64,000 bases of DNA, taken from positions 190,260-254,259 of the forward strand of contig NMRA01000204.1 in assembly GCA_002633005.1 (NCBI GenBank). Reading direction: 5' to 3'. Of the stretch, positions 13,177 to 25,773 are shown piece by piece. The position numbers were made by a program, and so were the translations under genes. Each line of letters opens with the position of its first letter. Position 1 is the first letter of the stretch. Below the pieces are notes generated by a model. It had not been told where the DNA came from and did no database searches. It saw only the letters and a list, made by a program, of their open reading frames with translations. This stretch comes from Phoronis australis. Lineage: Eukaryota; Animalia; Phoronida.

Positions 13177-14425
13177 GTGAGAACTCCACTGGCTTGTCTG
13201 TGAATAGGCAGATCATATGTACACAAACATACCTGGAGAGTTGACACGCACGATTGTTGACGGAAGGTGTATGTTATCTGCTCATTATCACGATTTGTCA
13301 ATATTTTAAGTGTACATATTTGCCAACGGAAATCTGTGTTTCAACGTGTTTCAAAACCCATGCATTTCATTTTTTACTTATCTGAAACTATGTTGAATGC
13401 CTGAAATTCAATAAATCAATTAATTTATTTCTTTAAAAAGCCATGTGCCCGTTGTACAAAAATAGGATTTAGGTATTTAAACATGAAACAAATTCTAGGT
13501 GGCCCCTAGAACATATCAAACCACTGAAATCAGATGCCACTTAAGTAATTTAAATTTAATACAATGAATATCAATGAATGATCTTTACTCAAAAAATGAT
13601 GAAAATATAGGACAGATCTTCTTTACAGCTAGTTAGCATTTGAAAATGTCTTCAAATACTAGAAAACACTTCATGTTGCATTAAATCAAACGAAGGTACT
13701 ATTCGTTTGCTTAATTCTTAATATCAGTCTTGTCTGTTTTGTCTGTTATTTGATAGAGTGAATTACTAAGATTTACTGCTCTGATAACCAATAGTCAAAT
13801 ATCATTTTGTTATAGGAATTAAATCTTGCACAATAATGATTATGATGACGACGATACTCCATAATAATAATGTTCACACAAATATTTTGATGGCCGAGGA
13901 CGGCTCGTTTGACAAAATTTATGCGAACTTCACATCCAGTATGACTCAAGCACAATTTATTAGAAAGCTGGGCAATTTAATTAATTTGAATTTATATAAA
14001 GGATGGCCAACAATCGTAATTAAATCAAAAATGACAAACGATTGCCTTCCCATTCAAGCTTGACCACTGGCTTGGTCAATTTTTTCAGAATTGTCTCCCC
14101 TTTACAGTATTAAAAATACTGTATAGGTTAAACAAGGAGACGGATGCATCGAGAAATCTTTACCTACGGAATGGAAATAGTGAATTCTCTCCTGTAATTC
14201 AACACTCCGGCCTTGCTAACCAATCACTTCAGTGGCAGCCATTTTGTTAATGTGTGCTGGTCCTGAACTTACTCGCGAAACACTCGCATGATTTTGCTCT
14301 AGGGAACCAGCCATGATTCTAAACCAAATTTGCTGTCTCGCTGGTCAGGATATTTATTATTCCAGCCAATATATTGTTTTTCCATCTTGGTGTAGACATT
14401 AATAAGCGCTTCTTTGTTTTTCTAG

Positions 14426-14490
14426 CCTGACTTGAGTGATGCCGCTGACCTCTCAGAGCCTGACCTTTCTGTGGCTGACAGTGTCAAAAG
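14426..14490 (+). CDS. OFD1: OFD1-like penultimate exon
   Basis: Acceptor tttgtttttctag, donor AAG|gtgagt, 65 nt, phase 0-2. PDLSDAADLSEPDLSVADSVK. Confidence 0.82.
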
Positions 14491-15606
14491 GTGAGTAGTC
14501 TAGGCGACTGGGGAATTGATTAGATTTGTGTAAAATCATGTCGATTATGATAAGCAATATGTCAAAGTGTGGGCATCTCTGTCATTAATTAAACGCTAAA
14601 TGAATTGTTGATATTAGTATTCGGATGTGATTTGATCATACTTCATCTTTCAAACCTTTGAAGCTAGCCACCAAAAATGTTTGGACTTGTGTAAAAGTGT
14701 CACCTCTTTTATGAAAAGCAATCCATCAGGGCAAGCTTACATCAAACTCTAAATGAATTGTTGATCATGTTATTTGGTTGTAATTAGATTGTTTTGCATC
14801 CTGAAGCTTCTGAGGCTAGTCATCAAGAAGAGGAGCTTGTAATTAGTGTTCTTCTCATTCCATAGATGTCACTTATTCTATTGCCACTGTTTAATTACTT
14901 CTGGCAAAGAGGAAAATTGCATTTTAAGGTTTTTCTTTGAATGGTATTTAAGCTAGGTTTGCTCGTCTACTTTTCGTGTGTTGGAAATCACTTGCCTATG
15001 GCTCATAAGAAGGAAATCGATGTATAGAAAACTGTTTTAACTATAAAAATGTAATTTACCATATTGGATTTTTAAACTGAAGAAGCGTTGTCTTGATATT
15101 CAAGAAGTAGGCCTCACTAAGTCTGCGTGACGGATTTAGTTGGACAACTGTAAATCAAGTCCCCGTAGCGATCAGTGTCCGTCACCTGAAAGTGACTTTA
15201 ATGTTAATTCCCCTTTCTTAGTCGGGAGGGACGGCCACGCTGATGTTGAGTAAGACTTCAGCCAGTCGCCATGACAGAATTCTTGGCCAATATGTCTCAA
15301 TACGTTTGTACTGTAGGTGTCACTTGTGAAGAATACCGTTGTTGTGAGGTGTGGGAGTATTGGCTCTCCTCTACATTTTCTCACTCAGACAGAATTTCGT
15401 ATTATCGAATTATATGTCTGCCAAGCCGGATTTCAAATTTCAGAAAATTTGGCAACATGGTCTGTCGCCACGACAACAACTGATTTTTGTGGAGTCCGAC
15501 GTTGACAAACTGTGTAGAGTACAGTTTTCCTCAAAATTTGAAATTTGAAGTTGGACGTAGCTTGCCAATTTATTGGTTACAGTTATTTCCACCATTGTTG
15601 TTCCAG

Positions 15607-15640
15607 CATTGAAGCAGACGACGGAGAGGACTTCTGGTAG
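15607..15640 (+). CDS. OFD1: OFD1-like terminal coding exon
   Basis: Acceptor ttgttccag, phase 2 matches the previous exon. Reads SIEADDGEDFW* (TAG 15638-15640), an acidic-Trp end like human OFD1 ...ELDDSW. Confidence 0.85.
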
Positions 15641-16065
15641 CAGTAGAAGACACGACGTATGTCTAATTTGCATGCCATTTTCATTTGTCGGTTTTTGCCT
15701 CTGTTCAGTCAAATTGCCATGCCGCTTGACTGCCTTAGATGCAGACGACGAAGTAGTCTGCCTGAGACTGGTTGATTGATAGCTGACCCAGAATTATCGT
15801 CTGCAAATATTGTTACAATATGTGCCTGGCACTTCTATGTTATTTAGTTGAGCGTTGCAGCCTTTTGTTATTGATCATGAATCATTTTCCACCTGTTGGA
15901 CACAGTACAGTCCCGTGGGAGTGATACGGAAATGTTTGTAATCTTGTTATTCTTCAGACAAGGGAACCAGTCTTATGGATAATGTATATATTTTTAGTCA
16001 TGGGTTTGGCTAGTGTATTGTTTTATTTTTGTTGTAATTTATCAATTGTGAGACAGAACGTGGCA

Positions 16066-16071
16066 AATAAA
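16066..16071 (+). promoter_or_regulatory. Candidate polyadenylation signal of the OFD1-like gene
   Basis: AATAAA about 425 nt after the stop codon, in U-rich 3'UTR-like context. Confidence 0.55.
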
Positions 16072-16809
16072 AATACTGAAAAATTTTGCACAGTAGCCTT
16101 AGTCATTACTTATTGGTGTCATATTTTAATATGTTGCCCAAAACCGATAACTTTTAGTGGTTTTAATATAAAAATTTCAAGTGAGTTAATTTTAGTCAAA
16201 CTTTCTATAACTAACCAATTTGGGAGGCTAGCAGATTAGATCTTCTCCATATCGGTCTAGGAAGGAGATTAAGAGTTTGATTTTGTTTCTGTGTTGGGTA
16301 GTCCGTCAACTCTTTAAAGATACATTCTGGATTTGTCCGATTAAGTCTACTGCTCATTCCATGCGTGCTATATTGTTGCGGATTACTTCAGCTGAGTTTG
16401 ATACGTGTGTTCATTACTAATAATTTTCTGAAATAAGTATAAATATGAACCTGTATCCATGTGTTAAACAGTATTTGTACATTGGAATACCTGTGTCAAG
16501 TCAAGTGTTTTTCAAAACGGGATTTTTATTACCCCATACATGTGTATGTGGGTACATATTACTGTCACATCTGTCTGGGTGTCTTGCCTCTGCTGCATTA
16601 TCTCTTAAACACCTTTGCAAGATCTTCATAAGATTTAGCAGTGGTGTTCATACAAAGTTGACGACAGACTTTTGGATTGGATGGATGTGACTTCTACTGT
16701 GCCACCCATTGACCAATCACTAGTTTTTTTACATTTGGCTCTGTATGCACCAAGTCAATCGCTCGATCTGTATGAAAATAAGCATCTATGTTGCTATTAA
16801 GAATACAAC

Positions 16810-16967
16810 CAGCGGTGGATCCAGGATTTTTAGTAAGGGGGGGGGCAGGGCACAATATTAGCCAGGGTTTTGCCCGTCAGACATTTGCACCCTGAACTGC
16901 CAAATGTAATCTGGGAGAGCTTTAGGGAATACCACGACCCCCTTGGCCCCCTCCTAATCTGCCACTG
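16810..16967. mobile_element. hAT-like MITE (cagtggcggat-type ends)
   Basis: Left end cagcggtggatccagg, right end cctaatctgccactg, with G/C runs inside. Flanked on both sides by acaac. Confidence 0.65.
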
Positions 16968-17459
16968 ACAACACTACTCTTTAGTGTGTGTGCTGCACCC
17001 TTATTTTCGTTACGCACCCGTGCTGTGGAATGAGTATCCCGACTGCCTGGTCAGCCAGTCGGGATACGGCCTTGTCGTTATCCGTTTGACAGTGGCAAAC
17101 CAATGTTTACATAGTCCAGCTTTTTTATTGTCTGCTTTCATCTGATTCTCATGTAATCCAGCAATTATGTTGTAAACAGCTCGCCTGCCGCTAACGGATA
17201 TTTAAAAACACTATTTGCAAACGACTTTCAACAAATGTTGTGAAGCAGATGTGTTTGTATGAAAAAACATCGAATGGAGAAAAACGGTCGACTTTCAGAG
17301 AAATTAGACTTAACTTTCACCTTTTGATTCCTTTGTGTGACTGTAAGCTCTGACCAGCTTACCACAGTATTGTGTACCAACACAAACGGCGTGTTTGACA
17401 AGTTTAATCGAGCACAATTCTAGATTAGATCGTGATAGTGGAAATTTCTTGATATTTAC

Positions 17460-18330
17460 ACCCCGGGAGAATGGTAGTTAATGTTGGTGTTCTGTTCCTG
17501 GTATTGGCCTCTATATCTTACAAATCGTTTGAAGGAATGTCATGAAATTTGAGGGATATGATCCTCTTAACAAGAGCGTAGCTGATGTTGATTTTCAGGC
17601 AGATTTTCTTAGCGCTAATAAACTCCTTAGTGAGTGTTTTATTTTTTGTACCTGTCTCAGTATGTATCAAGTTGAGTGAAGGATCGTCAGGAAATTTCCT
17701 ATTGAGAAGAGTGGGACTAAAGTTGATTTTCAGACAGGTCTGACTATGGCTATACCCCCTGTCGCAGTGTCTTCCGAGTCCGTTTGAAGATGGTTGTGAC
17801 ATTTAACTGTTTGTTGCTATTGAGGAAAACATGACTAAGTTTTGGACGACTACAAAAACTGCCATACCCCTAGTAGCAGTTTTATTTTGCGCTTAATTCA
17901 GTATCAACCATTGGATTGTTGGTAGGGGTGTCTGACTACTCAGCTGTGCTGCACCCTTGTGGCAATTAAAATTTGCCGCGTCTGCTAACAAAAACTTGGA
18001 CTGACGTTGATTTTTGGATGGTTTGGACTTCCCCTTCCCCCTGACGTTTTATTTTTTGCATTAGCCTCATAATCAATTTAATAAATGATGTCTGTGACAT
18101 TTGGCAGATAATCATATTTATCCAGTTCAGAGCAGCACATGCACATTTGTGAACAATCAAAATTTGTGCTGAGCCCCCTATTTACAATTTTATACATGTC
18201 AAACCCAATAAGAATTATGACAAATAAGTTTCTATTAAGGTGAGCATGACTGTCATTGATTATTGGATGTATCCGAATGCTGCAGTGCCCCCTAGTGGTT
18301 ACTCCAGTTTTTTGCAATATTTTCAATATC
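17460..18330 (+). mobile_element. Decayed HINE-like repeat copy
   Basis: Shares subrepeat motifs (catgaaattt...gattttcag...gccccctagtgg) with 20801-22536. Boundaries approximate. Confidence 0.5.
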
Positions 18331-19200
18331 TGTCAGAATTGTATTCTTCAATTTTCTGATAACTAGCACTGCCCTTCATATATTCCTAATAGTTTTGTGA
18401 TACATCTTTACCACTTGTGATGCCCACAGTGGGCTCATATCAACGTTGTGCATTACATACTTTTGTATATAATAGTCTGGATAATCAGCGCCAGAACAGT
18501 ATTTACATCAGAATTTATTGTCTCAACATATTTTTTTCAGTACATTATGACTCATTTACTCAGCTTATTAGACAAGATATATTAGATTTCACATTGCAAA
18601 GTTGGACAAACGTCAATAACCATCAAAAGACTTTTCTGCTAAAACATCTCTTCCTGCCAGTTGTTTGACTAATAAGATTTTTAATTGTTATTAGATAAAC
18701 CCACGTCATTAATTTTTCTTCAGCATTTCCAATTCACAATGTCTGAGATTTGTTTGGCAGTTACCCTGTAAAGCTTATGAGGTTGTTGGCATGGCATTAA
18801 ACCATCCTCTTATATTGCTTCACTTAAGTGCCAGATTAGGGTTTCTCGGAGGCTTAAGTTTCAGGAAGAGAAGTCAAGCCTTGGTATTTTGAACTTCCCC
18901 GCCTGCCACACGGCCACTGTCACAACCTCTCTCCCAGTTGTTTCATACCCGCCCCAGTCGTCACAATTTTTACCTACTAGGTTAAGTTGGGTAAATTTTC
19001 AACTTTCTTCCAAGCACAGCATGAAAGCCTCGGTGGGATGTGGATCTTGTGTTTTATTTAGGCCCTTGAACTGTATCTTTGACTTAACTCGGTGGTCTGG
19101 TACTGTCAGTAAAGGAGGGCAATTTTCTGGCACTGAGGCTTGGTGAAATTTATGAACTTTGGTTACAAATTTTTAAAGATGAAATCTTCCATGAAGTATA

Positions 19201-19737
19201 CACCTTGTTCATGCAATCGCCATTTTAAAAGTGCGCCTCTTTTTTAGGTTTTACAAACAATGCACTCTGCAGTTAATCACAGCGCAAAGCGTGATTTTTC
19301 ACATGCCTCGTTATATACCGTAATCGTTCGGGTTAACGCCCATGCTCAGTTAACCGCCCACCCCCTACTTTAGGTGAATTTCGATTTAACCGCCCACTGC
19401 TCGGTTAACCGCCCCCCTGCTATTTTTGAAGATTTCCAATTAACCGCCCACTGCTCGGTTAACCGCCCATCCCCTACTTTTGCCGATTGGTGATTACCGC
19501 CCTGTGCTAATAGGAAACGCNNNNNNNNNNNNNNNNNNNNNNNNNNNNNNNNCCCCCCCCGATTTCTTGAAAGTTCACGTTTAAGCGCCCATGTCTGGTT
19601 AACCGCCCACCCCCGATTTTTTTGGGTTCGCCAATTTAACCGCCCAGGGCGTTAACCCGAACGATTACGGTAGATGCCTTAAATAGAAAACCTAAAAAGA
19701 GGCTCACTACTAAAATGGCAACTGCATGATTGAGGTG
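19201..19737. mobile_element. Outer MITE with ~55-bp imperfect TIRs, flanked by TA
   Basis: caccttgttcatgcaatcgccattttaaaagtgcgcctcttttttaggtttt is the inverted match of aaaacctaaaaagaggctcactactaaaatggcaactgcatgattgaggtg. TA on both sides. Confidence 0.8.
19318..19670. mobile_element. Young Tc1/mariner-pogo-type MITE nested in the outer MITE
   Basis: Perfect 24-bp TIR ccgtaatcgttcgggttaacgccc, TA TSD and repeated internal ttaaccgccc motifs. N gap at 19521-19552. Confidence 0.9.
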
Positions 19738-20800
19738 TATGCATCACAAAATACCAAATGATTTACGAACAGTTGACTACAGGTGCGGGGAATTACATGG
19801 AATTTCCGTTAGTAAGCTCCAGGTCACTCATTCATAAAATTTCATGAGTGATGTTTCCATTAAGCTTATGCAAAAACACAATTGTGAATACTTTTTGGAA
19901 AAGAGGCTGATTAATGGAAACTGCAAAACACTGTACGATTTTTGTTTCAAGAACATACTCATGTCTGATGTGACAAAAACTAAGATGTGGTTTGTTGATG
20001 AGTTACATAAAGAAAACATACAACCTAATGACACTGTTTATTCTACAGTTATTAAAATGCTTTTGTCTGCTTTTGATGGGAAACCATAACGACTGGTAGT
20101 TTAGTCAAATCGTCTTGGACAAAACAAGACAAAGAACAAATCATTTTCAGTACTTCTTGCTTTATTTGGTAGCGAAATCATTCAAACCGATGCAAGCAGA
20201 ATATTGCGGAAAGTTTAACTGCAGCAACTTTTGACCCATCCAACATAAAACTTATTGTTGAATACACAACATAACTGGTGAGAAACAATTACTTAGGTCT
20301 CGAAGAAGGTCGAAAACAAGATCTGGCAATTTGCCTGCTGTGTGGGATTTTGTATGAAACCAGAAGGTCTATTCCGAAACAGCTAGGCGATGGGTGATTC
20401 ACAAACACCCGCGTACAAGCTCTCGTCTATTTAATGTAGCTCTAGACCAGTTAAAAAGTGAAATCACTCTAGCTGACATGGCAAACATTTTGAATGTGCC
20501 AGTGGCTCAAAAACCAGGTCGCTAAAGATTTTCTTGATGATTTGTTCAGCAGTGAAGCACACCTCGCTATTTTGGGCGTGTCAATGGCAAGAACAGATTG
20601 TTACAGGGCAAAGAAGCCCTGAACAAGTTGCTGTCGTCAGTTGTTGTCACTTGACCACCATCTACCTGATTTGTGCCATCAGTGATTATTGTGTGGTGGT
20701 GATTGACGACTTTGGTCACCATTTTCAATTTAATCTGCTTGTGATGTGAGTCACTTGAAATAAGTACTATAGTGGCTGTATGCTAGAAATTTGTATTCTG

Positions 20801-22536
20801 TTTTTTATGTACCCTTATATTTAAATGTGGGTGCATGTTGCTATCGTCTCTGTCTGGACGTCAGGCGTCCGTGGCTGTATCTCCTAAGCCCCTTGTAGGA
20901 TCATATTTAATGAGATTTGACAGATGTGTTCCTAGTGAAGCTGATGACAGACGTCTACAAGTTTCGGACAGATTCAACTACTACTCTGTGCACTATTTTT
21001 TATGTTTGCCTTTGTATCTTTGGATTTCCTTGATGAATTGTATGAAATTTAGCAAATAAATTTCTTTTGAAGAGATGACGCCTTCTTGTTTTCGGATGGA
21101 TTTTATGTATTCTGCGCCACCTGGTGGCAATTTGAACTATTTTGTAGTACATTTTTGACGTGGGTCTTCCTGTCCGCCCAAGCATTCAAAGAATCACTAT
21201 GAAAATTGGCAGATGTTTTCCTGGTGAGAAGACTGCAGCTGACACTGATTTTTGAACAGGTTTGCCCACTGTGACGATCCCTAGTGCCATTTTTTTCTAT
21301 ATTTCTGTCCTCACTGCCACCCTAGAATCTTACTTTTTAGCCACAAGCGAAAACCGCAATCCAACCATGACTGACAGAGGGCACATACCCACTGCCAACA
21401 GTTGCCAACCAGCCAGTCAGTTCCTATGGAAATGATAACAGATGATGACGAGTTTCAGAGCAATCCAATTACAGGTGTGCTCCCTTGTGGTAGTTAGTTT
21501 TTACATTTGTCTCAAGTCTTGTTGTCTTTGGAGTTCATTGATGGATTTTTCTGAATGTGGTTTCTATTACGGCGACAACTATGCATTTCCATTTACGGAC
21601 ATATTCTGTATATTTTGCGCCACCAAGTGGCCAGTTTGTCTTATCTGCCAAACTGCTCAAAGGATCATTATGAATCGTAGCAGTTGTGTTCCAGATGAGA
21701 AGGCTTGGCATGGATTTTTCGACAGATGTAATAACTCTGGCGTCCCCTTGTGGTGCTTTTGTGTTTTTTGCGACCATAGCTGCTCCAGATTCCTTTGCTT
21801 GACGTCCATGAACTTTTTGGAGGTGTTTTCCTGTAGATGCCCATGACTTTTTGGACAGCCCTGACTATGGGTATGCCCCATCAGCAGAAATTTTATTTTT
21901 TACCTTCGCCGCTATATCCTCTATATCTTCTGCCTCGATGTCTATTATGAAATTCAGTTAGTTTCTATTACAAAGATGGCAGCATCGTTCCAGTTTCTGA
22001 TGGATTCGATGTATTCTGCGCCACCCTGTGGCCATGCCAATTATTTTTGAGTCTGCCTTTTTGCCGTCTGCTTCTGTATCCACCAAACCGCTCTGAGAAC
22101 CGCAACGAAAATTGGCAGATGTGTTCCTTCTGGCATGAGCACGGCTGGGGTGGATTTTCAGATGTAACTTTGGTGCTCTCTAGTGACATAATTTCTTGCG
22201 TCTGACTATATCTACTAAGAACCCTTTGACAGGTCACAATTTTTCTTGTTAACTTTACGTCTGATGGATAGATTTGTCTTACACCGCTGTGCCTTTGAAT
22301 TGTATTTTTTGCATCTGGTTTTTTTTTTTCATCTGCCTTTGTATTCAGATTTCTTTGGTGGCTTTTCATGAAATTTGACAAACAATTTTGTAGTCAATCT
22401 TTTCCTAATTTCAGGCAGGTTTGATGTATTCTGTGCCATTTAATGGCCATTTTTATGATACTAAAAAGCACCATTAGAAGCACATCATTTTCTTTGCAGC
22501 CGTGGACGCATTTCAACCTCCGCGTTACTCTTGTTT
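20801..22536 (+). mobile_element. Helentron-associated non-autonomous element (HINE/DINE-1-like), long copy
   Basis: 5' ttttttatgtaccc...gggtgcat hairpin, a gtcc/gtct-like tract and many ~100-bp internal subrepeats. 3' sub-terminal inverted copy gtggacgcat and terminal ctcttgttt, in T-rich context. Confidence 0.65.
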
Positions 22537-23639
22537 GCAGTTGTTGTGATGTTACCTTCTAGTAAAAGGCAGTGTTATCCGTTGCAGAGCTCATTATATT
22601 AATAGAAGTCCATTGGTATCGTTAATGGGTTGTCCCTATTTTGAGACATTCTGTAGTTGAAAATATTCTCTCAATACTCTTATTTTGTCTTGCCTAATTT
22701 GTAGAAAACAGTTATACAGCATTGGAAAGTTTAACTTCGTCTCGCCTCCACAGCTAAAACCGGCATTATCCACTTTTACAAAAGTTTTGTGATTGCTGAA
22801 TTTGTAAAATTTCCGGTGAACATTTTTGTGTACTTGAAACTGATTAATAACATTATACCCCTCCCAGGTGACATAATTTTGCACAAAGCCTATTTAATCA
22901 CAATTATTGCAGCGATTATCTCCTGATTATTCCTCTTGTCAATGCGTATCCTAGGGGTTTAATTACGCTTTGCCAATGGTAGTATTGCGATTCCTGAAAG
23001 ATATCTTATGAGCTTCCAAAATGCATTAATAAAAAATTAGGTCCTCGGCTTAGGTCAAGTAACTACAGGTAATAAATTATTAAAGCAAATATTCATTTAA
23101 TCTGTAGAAGTTCCCTTCAACTTGATACAAAAACGTCACTTATTCTGCCAAGTCGTGATACAATTTCATGGATGTATGACAAATATCACTTATGCAAATG
23201 AAGCTATTTGCACAAGTCGTCTGCTTCACTGATGCCGTGCACACAATACATTCAGGAAACAAGAAGCACGCTGTTATGAATATAAATACATATTAATTAT
23301 ATACAGTTGATGAGACACGTTCCACCATATGCAAAAAACGATCCATTTCCCAAGTTCATATTTTCTCACTTTGCCCCTATCGTTAACGTGCAATGCTAAA
23401 TTGTTTTGTGACCAGACCGTTGCGCGTTTCTCACACCAAACATTTAACACCTCTGATTTTGTTTGACAAAGAAAGCTAAACTGTGAATGGTCAGTGATTG
23501 CACAGAAGCACAAGCTTATCGTTAAAATCATTTTCAACCTGGAAACGCATCTTTGAACATTGCTGTGCTGAGAAGATTGGAGCCATGTCAAACAGAAGCC
23601 AGTCATGTAAGTACAGATTTTTCATTTTAGTACTTAGGT

Positions 23640-24080
23640 GCATTATTGCTGTCATATCTATGGGCATTCACGCATCCATTGTCCAAGAGTCTCGTGTCTG
23701 CTACTGTATCTCCTCTGTAAAAACCCTTTCAGGATTTTCATGAAATTTGGCAGATGAGATTTGGTATGGAGCAAAAGACAGACTTTTAGATGGATACGAC
23801 TTTCTGTTGTGTTCCCTAGCAGCAATTTTAGTGTTTTGCATTTGCCATTGTATCCACCAACTTTGAGGATTTTTACAAATATAACCAAATAAGTTTCTAT
23901 TGAAAGAACGACGACGCCTCAATTTTGGACAAGTTCGACTCTGTTATTCTGGGCTCCCTTAAGTGGCCATTTTCAAATTTGTTTTTGGTCTGCATCTCAA
24001 TGCATTGTCTTTGATGGATCTTCATAAAAATTGGCCTAGGTGTTCCTAATGAGGATGCACACTAGGTGTATATCAATGTC
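23640..24080 (+). mobile_element. HINE-like repeat fragment
   Basis: Subrepeat ctgtatctcc...ttttcatgaaatttggcagatg shared with the other copies. Confidence 0.6.
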
Positions 24081-24106
24081 GATCTTTTTTCTATTTGTAG
24101 CTCGTC

Positions 24107-24354
24107 CAGGGCCTGGAACTTTTCTCTTTTAAGAGGATTTCCTCTTTTTTGATTTCCAGTTTCCTCTTTTTCGTCTCCTTTTGCATCATTGTTTTGACTT
24201 TGTTCATACAAAAACCAATATTTTAATATTTTTTAGTTGCAATTAAATTTTATAACAGAGAAAACGTCAGTATCACATGAGCCTGATAATTTGTAAAACG
24301 ATGTGTCACCTGGAAAATTTTCCTCCTTTTTGTCATTGGTCATTCCAAGCCCTG
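24107..24354. mobile_element. hAT-like MITE (family 1, copy 2)
   Basis: cagggcctggaa...ttccaagccctg; colinear with 675-919. Confidence 0.75.
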
Positions 24355-25773
24355 TTCATGTTGTCATACTTTATAACATTTTGTAGTAGACTGCAATGAT
24401 TCAATCCGAGGGCAAAACTTCTGTTTAGAATAAAATAATTCCTTAGGTACCTTCCGTATTCAAAGATCTTCTAATGGTGTGTCTATTTAGATCATTAGGG
24501 TTACATTGTACTCGAGCCAAGCCAAGCCAAACCAGCAATTGGCTTGAATGATTCGAAGTACCTTGTAACTAGTTGGTAGTTGGGAAATGAATTGTGTACC
24601 AAGAGTTAAATTGAATTTGTCCATTTCAAAAGCTTGCTACGTTTATTTCTGCAGATGCTGGAAGCTATACAAAATGTTATTTGGTGACGATTAAACCAAG
24701 TTGACAGTAAAATAAAATTTTCTTAAACTTACTTTAAATTTGTTCAAAATTTCAGCAGAGTTAATTCTCAACCATATTATGCTCTAGTAAACCGAAGACA
24801 TTTTACTTGTGTAGTACTCTTTATTAGTTTATGTAGCGATGCTTTTAATTACTTCCTCATAACGTTAACAATTTTCTTACTTTGACGAGTGACAGCAGCA
24901 GGAATTAAAAGACTGAAGTTTTCATTGATTCAAGATAGGTATAATTATCTCCTGATTATAACATGAATGCTAGTTATCATGCTCGTGCGATCAATACCAA
25001 AGACTTTAAGTCAACACGGCGAAGGTGGTGCTCTTGAATGTTTCTGACGCGCTGCAGCTGTTACCTGGCTTCAAGACTCATTTGTGGGACTCGGAAACGG
25101 AAACTTGTTGACGCGGGTTCTTCACTGCTGTTCTTTATCCACTGCCATGACAGATACGAATAACAGAATATTTTGGGTTAGTGAGTTGGACAGGTACTGT
25201 AACAAAAGAGAGTTGCAGGTTTAAGTGTTTAATACTTGACTCTGGGCTTTTGCAATTTACAGAGTTATGTCCCATGACCATTAGCACAATAGGAACTAAC
25301 CGGAGACTGATAGACGTGATTAGAGTAGGTTTACACATTAGCTTTTTAATTAAAATCCAATCCAGTTGAGTTTTGACTTTCCTTGCTGTACCTGGTAAAC
25401 ATATTTATTTATCTAGAATTTTAACCTATTTTGTCTTAATTGTTTTATGTTAAGTGCGGTTGAATACTTCAATTAGCTTTTTACAATTAATGCATTGTTG
25501 ATATTCTAATTATTTGTCACAGAATGTATGATGTCTATTTTACAGTCTTTAATAGAATTAATGACGGTGAGATCAGTAGCCTTAATAACAACCAGTTTTT
25601 GATTTCTTTCCTATTAAAGACCGCATTTAAGACAATAAAATAGTTATTTTTACAACCAGTGTTCTTTTATTGATTGGTTTTTATTTTATTATAATAGACA
25701 ATCTGCTGTGCATGTTTCTGCTTGTTTACCATGTTCTTCATGAATGTTTCCACATTTCCGTCATCCCCATCAT

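Noticed and set aside
16445-16690. ORF ending TDFWIGWM as the OFD1 last exon
   Set aside because: 15607-15640 has a better acceptor, the right phase and the acidic-Trp terminus, and a poly(A) signal lies before 16445.
19318-19670. Regularly spaced ttaaccgccc repeats resembling a CRISPR array
   Set aside because: The repeats are ~10 bp with related spacers and lie inside perfect TIRs with a TA TSD. The context is eukaryotic with no cas genes.
23506-23607. AG...gtaagt bounded segment ending MSNRSQS
   Set aside because: Poor polypyrimidine tract and no partner exon or homology; insufficient support.
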